From Spirochaetales bacterium (GTDB lineage: Bacteria > Spirochaetota > Spirochaetia > Treponematales > UBA12059), in NCBI GenBank assembly GCA_016928955.1, contig JAFGJV010000029.1, forward strand, positions 1-64,000: a stretch of DNA of 64,000 nucleotides. The letters are read 5' to 3'. The notes beneath the pieces were generated by a model. The model ran no database searches, had not been told where the DNA came from, and was given only the letters and a program-made list of their open reading frames with translations. Made by a program: the position numbers and the translations under genes. Shown here piece after piece: positions 39,803 to 48,603 of the stretch; within the stretch, counting starts at the first letter, position 1, and each line of letters starts with the position of its first letter.

Positions 39803-39910
39803 GGGAAGCAATAATAACCCTATGGTTATTATTGTTTCCCAGCGTTTTCGGCTGAAAACGCTCGGTTTTCTAAGGTCACCCTCTAAAAACTGAAGGTTTT
39901 AGAGGCTACC
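39803..39910. repeat. Three consecutive palindromes in the ssrA leader
   Basis: Hairpins at 39803-39840, 39841-39862 and 39874-39910; the last shares CCTCTAAAAACTG..GGTTTTAGAGG with 60226-60250. Confidence 0.75.
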
Positions 39911-39922
39911 TTTTTATCCCTT

Positions 39923-40278
39923 GGGGGTGCCCCGGTTTCGACTGGCACGGTCCGGATCGTGGGTCGCAGGTGGAGTGCCGTACTCCTACTCAGCGGCAAA
40001 ACCTTAATTGCCAACGACAACGGCAATTTCGCCCTCGCTGCGTAAGCACCGATGACGACGGGCCCCATGGCGCGCTGTTCCGAGCGCCATGACGGCCTGC
40101 AACCCAACCGGGACTTGCCCCACGCCCAGCCCGCGGGACGTGGGGGACAACCAGCGGGATACGGAAGTGGCCGCGCGGCGGTTCGCCCTCCACTTCCCGA
40201 CAACCTTAAAAGCCGCCTAAACCTGTAGACGCCCTCGTTTCGCGTTTCAGGACGCGGGTTCGACTCCCGCCACCTCCA
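39923..40278 (+). ncRNA. ssrA: tmRNA
   Basis: 5' GGGGGTG...TTCGAC; 3' GCGGGTTCGACTCCCGCCACCTCCA tRNA-like end with G3:U pair; tag ORF 40010-40045 ANDNGNFALAA*. Confidence 0.97.
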
Positions 40279-40316
40279 AAAAACCGAGCGCCCCTGATTG
40301 GGGTGCTCGGTTTTTT
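40278..40316 (+). terminator. ssrA terminator
   Basis: aaaaaaccgagcgcccc-tgatt-ggggtgctcggtttttt. Confidence 0.85.
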
Positions 40317-40320
40317 ATCT

Positions 40321-40466
40321 GAGGTGGCGGGAGTCGAACGGGCGTGAGCGCCGAGCGAAGGCGAGGAAAAGCGGTCAAGGATGACCGCGTCAGCGAACGC
40401 CCCGGCCCGTAGCAAGGCGCCATGATGGCGCCGCCGCGGAGGGTCGACTCCCGCCACCTCCAAAAA
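40321..40466. repeat. Element bounded by inverted and direct copies of the tmRNA 3' end
   Basis: 40321-40339 is the reverse complement of 40258-40276; 40444-40466 is identical to 40260-40282. Confidence 0.9.
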
Positions 40467-40609
40467 CCGTGTTCGGGTAAAACAACGCTCCTTAACCGGT
40501 TTTGTAACCGAATTGTCGTTCGCCTTCCAGATTTCATTTGACAGCTGAAATTTTCAGCCGTACCACGGGCAAAGTTTTTATCCCTTAACCCTTCCCGAGG
40601 AGGAAAAAC

Positions 40610-42637
40610 GTGAAGAGAATGCCATCCATTCTCATCCTGGCCGTCGCCGCACTGGCGCTGGTCGGATGCCCTCAGCCAACAGATCCGGTCAAGGACATGA
40701 ATGCCAATCTCGGCACTCTAGCCGTGAATGCCGGACGCCTCTCGCCCGGCTTTGTCACCACCACTACCGTATACGATGTGGGCGTGCGCTACGACCAAGC
40801 CACCATTATCGTTACGGCCACGGCCGAGAGCAGCAAAGCTTCGATAGCCATAAACGGCCAGGCCGGTAGCGAGCTGGAGGTTGCCCTCGATACCGACCGC
40901 ACCATGGTATCAGTAGTCGTAACGGCGGAAGCCGGCAACACCTCTGGATACACGCTTTTCGTGGACAAGGCCGACAGCGAGCTTGTTCCCGTCTCGTTCC
41001 TGGTGGCCGAAAGCGTGGACGGAGCCACGGTAAGCGGTTCCACCCTTACGGCATATGATAGCCTTGGGGCTATCGTAGATACAACGACTGTTACCGGTGG
41101 TTCAGCTGTTGTGAACCTTGAACCGGATGCCTTATATACGTTCGAGGTTCAGCAAGCTGGGTACGCCGCCTCCTCTCTCCAGAACTACTATGTCAGCCCG
41201 CTCGGCGGCAATGATGTCACCATGATCCAGCAGAAGCTGGGCATGATCACGAGGCCCGCGACGGCCCCCCTATTCGATGATATTTCGCTTTCCAGGCTCG
41301 ATGATTTCACCGACGCCGCCACCTTGGTGGCCGGGCAACAGCTGAATACGGCCGGTACCACGTACATCCTCGTGGCGATCCTCTCCGATTCGGCCACGGA
41401 GGCCACGGCTTGGTCCGGTTTCGGCGTGAAGGCTGACTTCGACTACGCCCCAAGCTCCCTCAATGGCATGGACGCCATCATGCTCATGGATCCGTACTTT
41501 GACACTGATGCTGGGAAATACGTCAACCTATATCTTGTCGACCTGAGCGGCGGCGAATACCCGGCCGGTGAGCACGATTTGGTGCTGGTTGCCTACGATG
41601 TGGCCAACAACCGAGCCGAGACCCGCATCCCGGTAATCATGGAAGCCAATGGTTCTTCTGGAGCTGACGTATCCGAAGCGGTATTCTCCGATCTGCTTGC
41701 GGATCTTAGGGCTTACCCGGTCAGCCGCGGCTTCTTCAGCAAGGACCCGGGGAACTCCATCCAGGCCCTGGATCCCTATGAAGGTCATGACGTCTCCTAC
41801 CGCGCCCAGATCAGCTTCAAGCTGACAGACGGCGCTACCACGCCCGCCAACGTGGCCATCCGTGGCTTTGACCTCTACCGCAGAGAAGCTGGCCAGACGA
41901 GCTTCAAAAAGGTCGGCGCCACCATGTATGGCGCTCTTTCCACTGGCTCATCCGGCACCCACTCGATGTTCGACAGCGACAGCGGCCTAGAAGCCGGTGT
42001 TACCTACGAGTACATGATCGTGGCCTACACCGACGCTTCCCATACAGTAAAATCATCGGTGGCCACGTCCAAGGTCATGGCGCCCTTCTCGGCCAGCCTG
42101 GTTGGCCCAGCCAACCGGAGCACCGCCTCGTTCGGCGAGGACGGAAGCGGCTATCCCTATGGCCCGGAGTACTCCTTCTCCATCAGCGACACATCGCTGT
42201 GGAACGCGACCGAGTCCGATTTCTTCTACTTCGCCCTGACGGTCAACGAGAAGGCCGGTCCCTACGCCTACTACGGCAAGTTCCGCTTCAACTTCTCAAC
42301 CTCCAATTTCGAGGCGCTGAACGCGTATACCGGCAGCTGGCTCAATCTTGGATCGAGCGGAAGCATTTTCGACTACACCGGAGGAACCATCACCTTCCTT
42401 TACGGTGGATACGTGGCCTTCATCAACCAGACCAACTTGGTAAACGGCGCGCCCATCCAGTACACCGATGGCGCAGTCTACGAGTGGGACATCATAGGCG
42501 ACCTGTCCGGCGGCCATCCCGCTTGGTTCGAGAAAGCCTACACTGGCGGAATCGCCAAGTCCTACGCCGATGGGTATTCGGAAGGCGCCAATACCTCAAA
42601 TGGCCGCTTCGAAGTCGTGGCCGCGGTCGCCCCGTAA
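40610..42637 (+). CDS. prcA: PrcA-like lipoprotein with an N-terminal cadherin-like beta-sandwich
   Basis: Lipobox LVGC; LSPGF...YDVGV...VTAE cadherin-like segment; LVAYDVANNR; directly upstream of the subtilase; GGAGG RBS. The PrcA call rests on synteny and recalled similarity. Confidence 0.65.
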   Translation: MKRMPSILILAVAALALVGCPQPTDPVKDMNANLGTLAVNAGRLSPGFVTTTTVYDVGVRYDQATIIVTATAESSKASIAINGQAGSELEVALDTDRTMVSVVVTAEAGNTSGYTLFVDKADSELVPVSFLVAESVDGATVSGSTLTAYDSLGAIVDTTTVTGGSAVVNLEPDALYTFEVQQAGYAASSLQNYYVSPLGGNDVTMIQQKLGMITRPATAPLFDDISLSRLDDFTDAATLVAGQQLNTAGTTYILVAILSDSATEATAWSGFGVKADFDYAPSSLNGMDAIMLMDPYFDTDAGKYVNLYLVDLSGGEYPAGEHDLVLVAYDVANNRAETRIPVIMEANGSSGADVSEAVFSDLLADLRAYPVSRGFFSKDPGNSIQALDPYEGHDVSYRAQISFKLTDGATTPANVAIRGFDLYRREAGQTSFKKVGATMYGALSTGSSGTHSMFDSDSGLEAGVTYEYMIVAYTDASHTVKSSVATSKVMAPFSASLVGPANRSTASFGEDGSGYPYGPEYSFSISDTSLWNATESDFFYFALTVNEKAGPYAYYGKFRFNFSTSNFEALNAYTGSWLNLGSSGSIFDYTGGTITFLYGGYVAFINQTNLVNGAPIQYTDGAVYEWDIIGDLSGGHPAWFEKAYTGGIAKSYADGYSEGANTSNGRFEVVAAVAP

Positions 42638-42655
42638 GGAAAAGGAGCAAACAAG

Positions 42656-44896
42656 ATGAAGAAACTGCTAGTAATCCTGGCCGCCGCGCTCCTGCTGGGG
42701 AGCTGCGGTTTGCCCTTCCTGCAGGCCCCCGCCATGGGGCCCGCCGAGGAAGCCGGCCTCAACGTGGTCAAGGTGGCGCCCACCAAGGCCGCAGATCTCG
42801 AGCTCTACAACAACGAGTGGGTCAATTACGGCTACGTCATCGTCAAGACCGATGACGGTTTCGACGTGTCCCGCTTCGAGGCCCTCGGCGCCGAAGTGGC
42901 CGGCTCGTTCACGCTGCGGAACGCTCCTGGCACCTACTGGCGCCTCTACAAAACCACGGGCGTTGCCCAGCTCATCAGCCGCTTGCGCTACCAGCGTGGC
43001 GTGGCCTACGCGGAGCCCGAACTTGTTTCCAAGCGCGTTCTTCCGGTAGTTGAAAATGCAAGCGCCCGGTCCCTGACCAGCGGCGACCTTGCGGACGACC
43101 CGCGCGCCCAGTCCAGCGAATACTCGCTGGCCATCACCCAGGCCCTGGATTCCTACAAAGCCGTTGCCGACGGCGGCAATGGCTACGGGACCAACGAGGT
43201 GTACGTCGGCGTCATCGACACCGGCATCAACATGGCCCATGAAGACTTCTGGTACGACGACGACGAGAACCCGACCACCCAGGACGTGTCCATCGTCGAG
43301 TACGCCAAGAGCGCCTTCATAAAGGCCGCCGACGGCACCATGACCTGGGTCGGCGATGGCGTCGACCACGTGACCGTGCCCAGCGGCGAGAACTGGGATG
43401 ACCAGGCCCACGGCACCCACGTCTCCGGCACCATAGCCGCACGCGGCGACAACGGCGTCGGCGTGGCAGGCGTGGCGTGGAAGAACGTCAAGCTGATCTC
43501 CTACAAGTGCTTCGCCGACGCGGACAGCGGTTCCGGCTCGGACTGGTCCGTGTATTACGGCCTGGCCGACCTAGCCGACTGGAAGGTGGCCAACGGCGTA
43601 ACCCAGGCGACCATACCCGTGAACATGTCGCTCGGCGGCTCTTACGCGGGCTCCTTCGAGCTCGAGATGATCAACTACGCTCTGACCCGGGGCGTCCTTC
43701 CCATCGTGGCTATGGGCAACGACGGCATGCGCATGGGCCAGTTCCCCGCCTCGTACCAGGGCGTCGTGGCCGTAGGCGCCACCAACGGCAAGGACGAGAA
43801 GGTCCACTTCTCCAACACCGGCCACTGGATCAGCGTGTCCGCCCCCGGCTACGATATCATCAGCACGGGCAACGGCAGCGCGTACTGGAACGGCGACCCC
43901 TGGGGCAATGTCGTCCGCCAGACCGAGTACCAGTGGATGAGCGGCACGTCCATGGCCACGCCTTTCGTCACCGGCATGGTCGGGTACCTCCTCTCCTTCG
44001 ACCCGACGCTGACCCCCTACCAGGTCAAGCGCGTGCTCGAGCTGACCGCCGACGATCTCGGCGCGGCCGGCTTTGACGAGGACTTCGGCTACGGCCGCGT
44101 CAACGTCCTGGATGCCGCCACCATGGTGAGGACGGGGACCGGTTTACCCGCAGACAATTCCCACTACCTGAACACCAAGATCGTGGCCACGGTTGAGAAT
44201 ATCAGCGCTGCCTACGACTCGGGGATCGCCGAATTCCAGAAACGCATAGTCGGCGCCACGGTCAGCTTGTACGACTCGCTCGGCCAATTCATCGCCCTGG
44301 GCATGACCAACGGCACTGACGGCTCGGTGGAATTCCGGGGACTCACTGCCGGAACCTACACACTCAAGGTCAACTACGAGGGAGAGCTCCAGTCCCAAAT
44401 CGTGACCCTGGACGGCACCGCTGACCAGACCGCGGCCTTCAGCTACGACAAAACCATACTCTTCGTCTGCACCGTGCCGAACCTGGCTTACAATGCCGGC
44501 GAGGACGCTACCGACACCATGCTCACCCTATACGAGTACAATCCCGCCGGCGGAACGGAGGAAGAAAAGTACATCTACGTCACGGACGTGGATCAGGATT
44601 ACCTGGACACCCTGTCGGCAGAGGTGGTGAGCGGCAAGACCTACTTTGTGGAGATCGCGCCCTACAACCAGCGCGGCGGCAACTACGCCATCCAGATTGG
44701 TTTCTCGCCCATCACCGAGGCCAACGCGGTCGATGGCGCTCGCCTTTCCTCGGACAATGACAGCCATGAGGCCGACGGCACCTACGCGGAGGCTTTAGAT
44801 AAGGGAGAGTTCGATCTCGGCACGCCTTTTGGCGCGAACCTGGTTGGCGGAAGCGCATCAACCGACGTGGACATCTTCATGTTCACTGTTCCCTGA
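42656..44896 (+). CDS. prtP: S8 subtilisin-like lipoprotein protease (dentilisin PrtP-like)
   Basis: Lipobox LGSC; triad VIDTG, HGTHVSG, SGTSMATP; propeptide GYVIVKT...YWRL and DTGINMAHEDF...YAKS recall Treponema PrtP. Confidence 0.82.
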   Translation: MKKLLVILAAALLLGSCGLPFLQAPAMGPAEEAGLNVVKVAPTKAADLELYNNEWVNYGYVIVKTDDGFDVSRFEALGAEVAGSFTLRNAPGTYWRLYKTTGVAQLISRLRYQRGVAYAEPELVSKRVLPVVENASARSLTSGDLADDPRAQSSEYSLAITQALDSYKAVADGGNGYGTNEVYVGVIDTGINMAHEDFWYDDDENPTTQDVSIVEYAKSAFIKAADGTMTWVGDGVDHVTVPSGENWDDQAHGTHVSGTIAARGDNGVGVAGVAWKNVKLISYKCFADADSGSGSDWSVYYGLADLADWKVANGVTQATIPVNMSLGGSYAGSFELEMINYALTRGVLPIVAMGNDGMRMGQFPASYQGVVAVGATNGKDEKVHFSNTGHWISVSAPGYDIISTGNGSAYWNGDPWGNVVRQTEYQWMSGTSMATPFVTGMVGYLLSFDPTLTPYQVKRVLELTADDLGAAGFDEDFGYGRVNVLDAATMVRTGTGLPADNSHYLNTKIVATVENISAAYDSGIAEFQKRIVGATVSLYDSLGQFIALGMTNGTDGSVEFRGLTAGTYTLKVNYEGELQSQIVTLDGTADQTAAFSYDKTILFVCTVPNLAYNAGEDATDTMLTLYEYNPAGGTEEEKYIYVTDVDQDYLDTLSAEVVSGKTYFVEIAPYNQRGGNYAIQIGFSPITEANAVDGARLSSDNDSHEADGTYAEALDKGEFDLGTPFGANLVGGSASTDVDIFMFTVP

Positions 44897-44921
44897 TAGC
44901 GCCCACGTCCAAAGCTTTCCT

Positions 44922-44948
44922 GGCGGCCCCTTTGGGGGCCGCCTTTTT
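44922..44948 (+). terminator. Terminator after the protease gene
   Basis: ggcggcccc-tttg-ggggccgcc followed by T5. Confidence 0.8.
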
Positions 44949-44979
44949 GTATCTGGCTTCAGTTTGCCGTGAAGGGCAT

Positions 44980-45099
44980 AAAAAAACCGTCCGCGCGGGA
45001 GCACGGACGGCCGGGGGGAATCCCTTAAGGAGGTTCAACCCTCGATCCTGGAAGGAGGCTGGCATCGTCTTCCTCCCCCGCCAGGAAGGACGCCGGCCC
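44980..45099 (-). ncRNA. Candidate small RNA (~120 nt)
   Basis: Upstream TTGACA-17-TACCCT (45106-45134), structured body, 10-bp terminator stem plus U7. Confidence 0.5.
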
Positions 45100-45175
45100 A
45101 GGTTCAGGGTACGACGGCATCCCTATTCTGTCAACAGAAACATGCAAGCGGTTTCGCCGCAAGACGGGCGATAGC

Positions 45176-45334
45176 TCAGCCGCCCTGTTTTCTCCCGCCG
45201 AGCTTGTCGGCCAGCCAGATGATCAGGAAGAACACGGTCAGGGTGGCGAACACGCCTATGAGGCCGCCGGCGCTGACGAACAGGGCTTGCATGGTATCCC
45301 CCGCGCCGCGCGCGGAATCAATCAGGTTTTCCAT
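45176..45334 (-). CDS. OadG-like small single-TM decarboxylase subunit (52 aa, absent from the ORF track)
   Basis: MENLIDSARGAGDTMQALFVSAGGLIGVFATLTVFFLIIWLADKLGGRKQGG; AAGGA RBS; follows the beta subunit. Confidence 0.75.
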   Translation of the reverse strand: MENLIDSARGAGDTMQALFVSAGGLIGVFATLTVFFLIIWLADKLGGRKQGG

Positions 45335-45346
45335 CGTCGTTTCCTT

Positions 45347-46474
45347 TCATCCTACCAGGAGCGGCACCAGGGCCAGGACCATGCCGCCGGCTATGATCGA
45401 GCCCAGCTGGCCGGACACGTTGGCGCCCATGGCGTGCATCAGGATGATGTTGCCCCGCTCCTCCTCCGCGGCCATCTTCTGGACCACGCGGCCGGACATG
45501 GGGAACGCTGATATGCCGCAGGCACCGATCATTGGATTGACCTTGCGGCCGGCGGGCAGGAAGAGGTTGATCAGCTTGGCAAAGAGCACCCCGCCCGCGG
45601 TGTCGAAGACAAAGGCCACAAGGCCCATGCCCAGGATGAGGAGCGTGGTGCCGTTCAGAAAGTCGGCGGCCTTCATGCTTGAGCCTATGGCTATGCCCAG
45701 GAGCAGGGTGACCAGGTTGGCTAGCTCGTTCTGGGCCGCCTTGGACAGGCGCTCGAGCACGCCGGACTCACGGATCAGGTTCCCGAACATAAGGGATCCC
45801 ACAAGCGGCACGGATATGGGCGCCACGATGCCGGCTATCATGGTAACCGCTATGGGGAACATCACGCGCAGCCATTTGGGCACGCCCGACTCGTGGTAGG
45901 TCATGTGGATGGTGCGTTCCTTGCGCGTGGTGAGGAGTCGTATCACCGGCGGCTGGATGAGGGGCACCAGGGCCATGTATGAATAGGCGGCCACCGATAT
46001 GGGTCCCAGGTAGGTTCTGGCAAACTTGTTGGCCACGTATATGGCCGTTGGCCCGTCTGCCGCGCCTATGATGCCTATGCTGGCGGCCAGCTTGAGGTCG
46101 TCAAAGAAGAAGGTGGCCAGGATCATGGTGGCAAAGATGCCAAACTGCGCCGCCGCCCCGAAGAAAATCATAAACGGGTTCTTGAACAGCGGCCCGAAGT
46201 CTATCATCGCCCCCACCGCTATGAAAATCAGGATGGGAAAGAGCTCGTTGGCGATGCCGCCCTCGTACAGTATCTGAAGGAAGCCAGCGTGCCCGTCATG
46301 CGACCAGGCCACGGCCAGCGGCAGGTTGACCAAGATGGCCCCAAAGCCTATGGGCAGGAGCAGCATGGGCTCGTATTCCTTCACGATGGCCAGGACGATC
46401 AGGGTGATGCCCACGGCGTACATGACCGCTTCCTGCCAGCCTATGGACGTGAAGCCTATGAATAGTTCGTTCAT
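45347..46474 (-). CDS. oadB: Na+-translocating decarboxylase beta subunit
   Basis: YEPMLLLPIGFG, IGIIGAADGPT, AAYSYMALVP, HAMGANVSGQLGS. Confidence 0.94.
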   Translation of the reverse strand: MNELFIGFTSIGWQEAVMYAVGITLIVLAIVKEYEPMLLLPIGFGAILVNLPLAVAWSHDGHAGFLQILYEGGIANELFPILIFIAVGAMIDFGPLFKNPFMIFFGAAAQFGIFATMILATFFFDDLKLAASIGIIGAADGPTAIYVANKFARTYLGPISVAAYSYMALVPLIQPPVIRLLTTRKERTIHMTYHESGVPKWLRVMFPIAVTMIAGIVAPISVPLVGSLMFGNLIRESGVLERLSKAAQNELANLVTLLLGIAIGSSMKAADFLNGTTLLILGMGLVAFVFDTAGGVLFAKLINLFLPAGRKVNPMIGACGISAFPMSGRVVQKMAAEEERGNIILMHAMGANVSGQLGSIIAGGMVLALVPLLVG

Positions 46475-46548
46475 CGTTCCGCCTTTCCTGTGCGTGTACG
46501 TTCCAGTGTAGCGTCCCGGGCTGTGCCTGGACAAGGCGGGCCTGGCCC

Positions 46549-46576
46549 TCAATCCCAAGCCGCGCCACGCCGACAA
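46549..46576 (+). promoter_or_regulatory. sigma28-type promoter
   Basis: TCAA-16 bp-GCCGACAA. Confidence 0.6.
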
Positions 46577-46642
46577 TGGAGGTAGGGCGGCGATACAGGC
46601 CGCCCCGGCTTACACCGCTAGGGCCTAAGCCAAGGAGGAACC

Positions 46643-46837
46643 ATGAAGATGTTTTCCATTAAGAGCGCGGTCGGCGCGTCCTCCCTCCTGGAACTCGTGG
46701 ACGAGGTCGAGGACGGCTTTATCGTGCGCATCGTGCGGCACCGCGACGACTGGGACGACGTGAGCGAGGAATTCATGACGCGCGAGCTGTTCGACACCTG
46801 CGTGCGCACGGGCTACATAGCCGAGCTCAGCGCCTAG
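46643..46837 (+). CDS. Small hypothetical protein (64 aa)
   Basis: AAGGAGG RBS, host-like codon usage, terminator hairpin at about 46880-46915. Confidence 0.8.
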   Translation: MKMFSIKSAVGASSLLELVDEVEDGFIVRIVRHRDDWDDVSEEFMTRELFDTCVRTGYIAELSA

Positions 46838-46960
46838 CGCCCGTCCACGTATCCGGACACATTAAAATAGTGAGACCCGGCGGCCGCCCTTTTCTGGGGA
46901 CGGCCGCTGTTTTTTAAAAGCCGTGCCGGATGCCGTATCGGTACGTCGCATTCGGCCGGC

Positions 46961-47752
46961 TCAGTAATCCTTGCGCTTCATGATCCGTAACGCCAGAGCT
47001 GCCACGCCTGTCGACCACACGATCTGGTATAGGAAATAGGGCACGCCCATGCGGAAGATAAAGGCCGGTATCCTTTGCGCCAACTCGGGGTTGTCAATTT
47101 TGATAATGGCGCCGTTCGTCGGGAGGACGAACATCAACGGCCCCCGGACTATGGAGGGTAAGCGCGCCCTTACGTACAGGAACGGCACTTCCCCCATATT
47201 CACGACATCGCCGGCCACAAAGGCCGCCAGGCACAGCGCAAGGCCCGACCATCCGTACATGAGGGTGCTTGCAATCAAGCCGACCGACAGATAGGCCAAC
47301 GACTGGGACGTGTAGCCCACCATAAACTCGATCATATTTCGCGCGCTACCGGGCACCTTGAAAATCACATTGAACAACCATACGTTGACAAAGACCAAGG
47401 CAAGAAAACCCAGGAGAGCCGTTAGGGCGACGCGCAGGTGGTTCCAGAACACCGTGCCCTTACGCTCCACATGCGCCAACTCGACGTAGAAATGGCCGCC
47501 GGGCAGTTCCGGCCCCACAAGCCGGACGCCCAGATACATGGAAAACAGCGGCAGGACGATTCTGGCCACCTTTTCAATGGCCGACCAGAACGTGACCGCC
47601 TTCCGGTAGTCGGACATCCGGAGGTTCATGGCCTCGGGCACTCCGGAGCCGAAGAACGAAAGATTGAGGACGACAAGGCCACCGATTATGAAACCAAGGA
47701 AAACCGGATCGTTGACGAGCCGCCGTAGGCGGTAGCTCAAGTTCGGCGTCAT
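46961..47752 (-). CDS. ABC-2 type transporter permease
   Basis: About six hydrophobic segments; start overlaps the ATPase stop. Confidence 0.75.
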   Translation of the reverse strand: MTPNLSYRLRRLVNDPVFLGFIIGGLVVLNLSFFGSGVPEAMNLRMSDYRKAVTFWSAIEKVARIVLPLFSMYLGVRLVGPELPGGHFYVELAHVERKGTVFWNHLRVALTALLGFLALVFVNVWLFNVIFKVPGSARNMIEFMVGYTSQSLAYLSVGLIASTLMYGWSGLALCLAAFVAGDVVNMGEVPFLYVRARLPSIVRGPLMFVLPTNGAIIKIDNPELAQRIPAFIFRMGVPYFLYQIVWSTGVAALALRIMKRKDY

Positions 47753-48603
47753 GGCCGCACCCCCCTCTCACCCAGTCCGGCATGGTACCAGTCCTCAAGA
47801 TCCGCCGTCGCATAATCGACGTCTGCCAGCCTGTAAGCCCCATCGAGCCTGACCTCGGGTCCGCCCAGCTTCAGGCACTCCAATTTCTCAGTTTCTGAAC
47901 CGCCGCGTCGCTCCAGCGTCACGGTGGCGTTTCGGCTCGCGCGCTTGTAGTCGCCCACGACTATCTCATTGGATACGACCCCGTCCTTGAGCAGTCCCGC
48001 TTTGTGGCATACGCGCTCCAGATCCGTAAGGATGTGGGAGGTCATAAGCACGGCACTGCCGGCTTCCAGTTTGGCCTTGACCATATCCAGGGCTACCCTG
48101 CGCGCGACCGGGTCCAGGTCGGACGTGGGTTCATCCAGTATGATCAGTTCCGGGCTGCCGAGAAAGGCCTGGATCAATCCGGCCTTCTTCCTCATCCCCT
48201 TGGAAAACGTCGATATGCGCGCCTTCAGGGCGCCCTCGATTCCAAGTTCTCCGGCCATGCGCGTGTATTCGGTTTTGGCCGCTCCTGCAGCCAAGCCTTT
48301 CAGTTCGGCCATGGCGTCCAGGTACTCACTGAGCGCCAGGTTCCTTGGCGGGGCCAGCACCTCGGGCAGGTAGGAAAGTCCCCGCCGTTTCTTGAGCTGG
48401 CCCAGATGCATGCCGGCAAAGCGCACGCTGCCGGAATCCACAGTGATTGATCCGATAATGGCCTTGATGGTGGTGGACTTGCCCGCCCCATTGGGACCGA
48501 TGAGCGCATACGCCTTGGCCGGCCCTATTTCAAGCGACAAGCCTTTGAGCACGGGCGATCTTCGGTCATAGGCCTTCCTGAGCGTGTCGATGACCAGGCT
48601 CAT
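47749..48603 (-). CDS. ABC transporter ATP-binding protein (export/resistance type)
   Basis: GPNGAGKST, FSKGMRKK, LILDEPTSDLDP, TSHIL. Confidence 0.95.
   Translation of the reverse strand: MSLVIDTLRKAYDRRSPVLKGLSLEIGPAKAYALIGPNGAGKSTTIKAIIGSITVDSGSVRFAGMHLGQLKKRRGLSYLPEVLAPPRNLALSEYLDAMAELKGLAAGAAKTEYTRMAGELGIEGALKARISTFSKGMRKKAGLIQAFLGSPELIILDEPTSDLDPVARRVALDMVKAKLEAGSAVLMTSHILTDLERVCHKAGLLKDGVVSNEIVVGDYKRASRNATVTLERRGGSETEKLECLKLGGPEVRLDGAYRLADVDYATADLEDWYHAGLGERGVRP

Noticed and set aside
39803..40466. CRISPR array
   Set aside because: No regularly spaced direct repeats with unique spacers and no cas genes in the window.
45040..45065. Plus-strand GATCCTGGAAGGAGGCTGGC resembling SRP RNA domain IV
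   Set aside because: Lacks the conserved CAGG/AGCA internal loop, and the promoter and terminator point to the minus strand.
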